Below are positions 61,211-64,000 of a DNA stretch of 64,000 nt, piece by piece. Source of the DNA: Candidatus Berkelbacteria bacterium (GTDB taxonomy: Bacteria; Patescibacteriota; UBA1384; DTJR01); the NCBI GenBank assembly GCA_026397175.1, contig JAPLVK010000013.1, positions 8,232 through 72,231 of the forward strand, in the 5' to 3' direction. The notes beneath the pieces are model-generated. The model worked only from the letters and a program-made list of their open reading frames with translations. It was not told where the DNA came from and did no database searches. Position numbers and translations under genes: made by a program. Position 1 is the first letter of the stretch; each line of letters starts with the position of its first letter.

Positions 61211-62782
61211 TTAGCTTAAGGACTCTTTTAAATTTACTCCGGTCATCTCCGGAGCCGTTTGAACTCCCAGTGAATCGCAAATTGTTGGGGCAACATCGGC
61301 AAGCAATCCAACCGGTTCCATATTGGCTGTTTCGACTTTAGATTTAAATTTCCCTTTTGTTTGCTCCGAAATACACATAAATGGAACGGGATTCAATGAA
61401 TGTTCCTTACTCGGCTTTCCGCTTTTTAGATCTATCATCTCATCACAGTTGCCGTGATCGGCGACTATAAATATTTCGTATTCACTTTCCAAAAGCACAG
61501 GGACTATTTGTGATAATGATTGATCAATGATTTCAACCGTTTTAATCGTTGCATCAAGATTTCCCGAATGACCGACCATATCACCGTTGGCGTAGTTTGC
61601 AACAATAAAATCATAATTTTCTTTTACCGCCTCGATGATTGCGTCAGAAATTTCTTTCGCCCGCATTTGCGGGAATAGATCGTACGATTTCACTTTTTCG
61701 GAATTAATTAATTTATTTACTTGTCCATCAAGCTCACCTTTCACCCCACCTGCAAAAAAATATGTAACATGAGCAAACTTTTCGGTTTCAGCAACATGAA
61801 ATTGTTTCTTTCCTTGTTTCGAAATAATTTGAGACAAGGAGTTTAACAGGGGATTGATTTCAGGATCATTTAAATCGATATTGCTGAATAAAACCTTAAC
61901 GCCCAAATTATCATCATAGGTTGTCATTGTCAGAAAATTTGATGCGATTTTATCCCTTTTTACATCTTTTAGTCCTTGATCAACAAACGCTCTGGTAAGT
62001 TGAATCGCTCGATCGGATCGGTAATTAAGGAATAAAAACACATCGTTTTCTAAACTTATATTCAGATCACCATTTAATGATACCGGCTCTATAAATTCAT
62101 CTGTTTTATTGTCAGTGTACGATCGTGCAACAATATCCTTTGGCGATCCTTCTGTCGGTTTCTTTCCCAATATTGCGTCATAGGCAGACGATATTCTATC
62201 CCAGTTTTTATCTCTATCCATGGCAAAATATCTTCCCATAATCGAACCGATGACCGCGATATTTTTCAACTCTTTTTCAATCTGACCCAAATACCTTTCG
62301 ATTGATTTTTCCTGAACATCTCTTCCATCTGCAATTAAGTGCAAAATTATCTTATTTGATGGGCAGAGTTGATTAAATATTTTTGCCATTTGGATCATAT
62401 GGTTAATATGTCCATGGACCCCACCGTCTGACGCAATGCCGATCAAATTAATGTTTGATTTTTTGTCATTTAATATTTTGACTGCGTCAAGAACAGCTTG
62501 TTTCTGAGGAATTGTGCTATCGGCAATTGCTTTATCAATTTGTGGGAGATCTTGTAGGACTACGCGGCCCAATCCAAGAGAGGAATGACCGACTTCCGAA
62601 TTACCAAATTCTCCCCACGGCAAACCAACTTCTTCGGCCGATGCCTTTAGGAGTGTCTTGGGATATGTCTCAAACAGCTCATCAATATAAGGTGTTTTTG
62701 CAAGAAATACCGCGTTTCCTTTTTTTTCTTTTGCTATACCAAAACCATCCAATATGATTAGCGCAACTTTCTCGCTAGCCAT
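61211..62782 (-). CDS. iPGM paralog, copy 2 (tandem, diverged, motifs intact)
   Basis: ILDGFG, GNSEVGH, ADHGN motifs. Confidence 0.88.
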   Translation of the reverse strand: MASEKVALIILDGFGIAKEKKGNAVFLAKTPYIDELFETYPKTLLKASAEEVGLPWGEFGNSEVGHSSLGLGRVVLQDLPQIDKAIADSTIPQKQAVLDAVKILNDKKSNINLIGIASDGGVHGHINHMIQMAKIFNQLCPSNKIILHLIADGRDVQEKSIERYLGQIEKELKNIAVIGSIMGRYFAMDRDKNWDRISSAYDAILGKKPTEGSPKDIVARSYTDNKTDEFIEPVSLNGDLNISLENDVFLFLNYRSDRAIQLTRAFVDQGLKDVKRDKIASNFLTMTTYDDNLGVKVLFSNIDLNDPEINPLLNSLSQIISKQGKKQFHVAETEKFAHVTYFFAGGVKGELDGQVNKLINSEKVKSYDLFPQMRAKEISDAIIEAVKENYDFIVANYANGDMVGHSGNLDATIKTVEIIDQSLSQIVPVLLESEYEIFIVADHGNCDEMIDLKSGKPSKEHSLNPVPFMCISEQTKGKFKSKVETANMEPVGLLADVAPTICDSLGVQTAPEMTGVNLKESLS

Positions 62783-63941
62783 TTTTTATCTCCTCTTCGA
62801 TGCGAAGTAAACGGTTATATTTAGCAACCCTTTCTCCTCTTGATGGTGCTCCAAATTTACAAAATTCCGCTTGCACTCCAACGGCAAAATCGGCGATAAA
62901 TGTATCTTCGGTTTCTCCGGATCTATGGGAAACGACGAGTTTTAGTCCACTCTGCTTCGCAAGATTTGAAAAGGCGATTGAGTCGGAAATTGTCCCGATT
63001 TGATTCGGTTTAACGATAACCGCATTGACTGCTTTCTTCTCTACCGCTTCTTTCAAAAGCTCCATATTGGTTGCCAGAAGATCGTCTCCGACAATCATTA
63101 TTTTTGATCCAATCTTCTGCATCATCTGCACCCAGCCATCCCAATTATCTTCTTCAACAGGATCTTCCATGCTAATAACAGGATATTTCGAGACAATCTC
63201 CTCCAGATTCATATTATTTGGAACAACACCCGCAAGATCTAGTCCCATGTTAATTTTTTCAGCTTCCTGAATTAAACGGATAGCATCCTCATCGGATGGT
63301 AATTGTGGAGCAAAACCGCCCTCGTGCCCGACGGCAATGTTTAAATTTCTGTCCTTCAAGATCTTTCTTAGCTTATGGAACACTTCGGACGCCTTGCGAT
63401 AATTTTCTTTAAAACTTTCTTGTTCCGGAATAACCAAAAACTCTTGAATTACTAGGTTATTATCGGCGTGTTTTGCCCCTTCGATAAAGTTAAACATCGC
63501 TCTTGGCATAGCGACAATTTGCGATTGCGCCATCTCGGCAATATATTTATAGAGGGGCATTTTTTTTGAATCAGCCGCCGCTTTAGCGCAAGCGAGCGAA
63601 ACCGCCAGAATCGCGTTAGCGCCAAGCTTGCTTTTGTGCGGAGTTCCATCGAGTTGACTCATTGTGTCGTCAATTGCTTTTTGTTGAGTTACATCTTGAC
63701 CGGAAAGCGCGCTTGCGATTGTGCTATTCACATTTTCGACTGCTTTTAGTACACCCATTCCGCCAAAGCGCGCCTCGTCGCCATCGCGCAGCTCTATCAC
63801 TTCATGAGCCCCAACCGAAGCGCCGCTTGGAACGGATGCGATTGTTTTGATATGATTTTGCGTTTCGACTTCAACTTCGACTGTCGGATCACCGCGAGAA
63901 TCCAAAATTTCTCGGGCTTTAATTGAAACAATGTTTTCCAC
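62775..63941 (-). CDS. eno: enolase
   Basis: N-terminus IKAREILDSRGDPTVEV; conserved catalytic residues; SD AAGGAGG. Confidence 0.96.
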   Translation of the reverse strand: MENIVSIKAREILDSRGDPTVEVEVETQNHIKTIASVPSGASVGAHEVIELRDGDEARFGGMGVLKAVENVNSTIASALSGQDVTQQKAIDDTMSQLDGTPHKSKLGANAILAVSLACAKAAADSKKMPLYKYIAEMAQSQIVAMPRAMFNFIEGAKHADNNLVIQEFLVIPEQESFKENYRKASEVFHKLRKILKDRNLNIAVGHEGGFAPQLPSDEDAIRLIQEAEKINMGLDLAGVVPNNMNLEEIVSKYPVISMEDPVEEDNWDGWVQMMQKIGSKIMIVGDDLLATNMELLKEAVEKKAVNAVIVKPNQIGTISDSIAFSNLAKQSGLKLVVSHRSGETEDTFIADFAVGVQAEFCKFGAPSRGERVAKYNRLLRIEEEIKNG

Positions 63942-64000
63942 AATTCCTCCTTTATCAATTCATTTATTTTAAATTTTTTATAATATCTAAAGTTATGTTT

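Overview
This 64 kb window is low-GC (roughly 35-38% by eye) bacterial chromosome. It carries a near-complete rpoB-rpoC-str-S10-spc-alpha ribosomal superoperon, a cell-envelope and RNA-processing cluster, leuS with an unusual inserted domain, a tandem iPGM-enolase cluster, four stable-RNA genes (tRNA-Gln, tRNA-Val, tRNA-Ala, RNase P RNA) and an accessory region of about 11 kb. The absence of rpmD, adk and the L11-L1-L10-L7/L12 block, together with a short Der and a short RpoA, fits a reduced CPR/Patescibacteria-like genome; that placement is an inference. The most striking feature is a tightly packed, apparently polycistronic operon from about 15.06 to 25.76 kb: fic, KilA-N, Zn-ribbon, hsdM, two unknown genes, hsdS, two unknown genes, hsdR. 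In it a complete Type I restriction-modification system is interrupted twice by two-gene cassettes, each a soluble protein followed by a small membrane protein, with no recognisable family. These are candidate novel defence or abortive-infection modules embedded in the R-M operon. Other accessory signals are listed below. A GC-rich (~55%) foreign gene lies next to a standalone Cas4-like nuclease and a tRNA-Gln whose 3' 21 nt are duplicated 142 bp downstream, which looks like an integration scar. A BIME/REP-like palindromic repeat family occurs at two loci, next to tRNA-Val and next to RNase P RNA. A Bro-N protein, a NUDIX domain inserted into LeuS, an RpoA without a C-terminal domain, and a Zn-ribbon-bearing L24 are also present. 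Every call rests on reading motifs in the supplied translations and sequence; no database searches were run.
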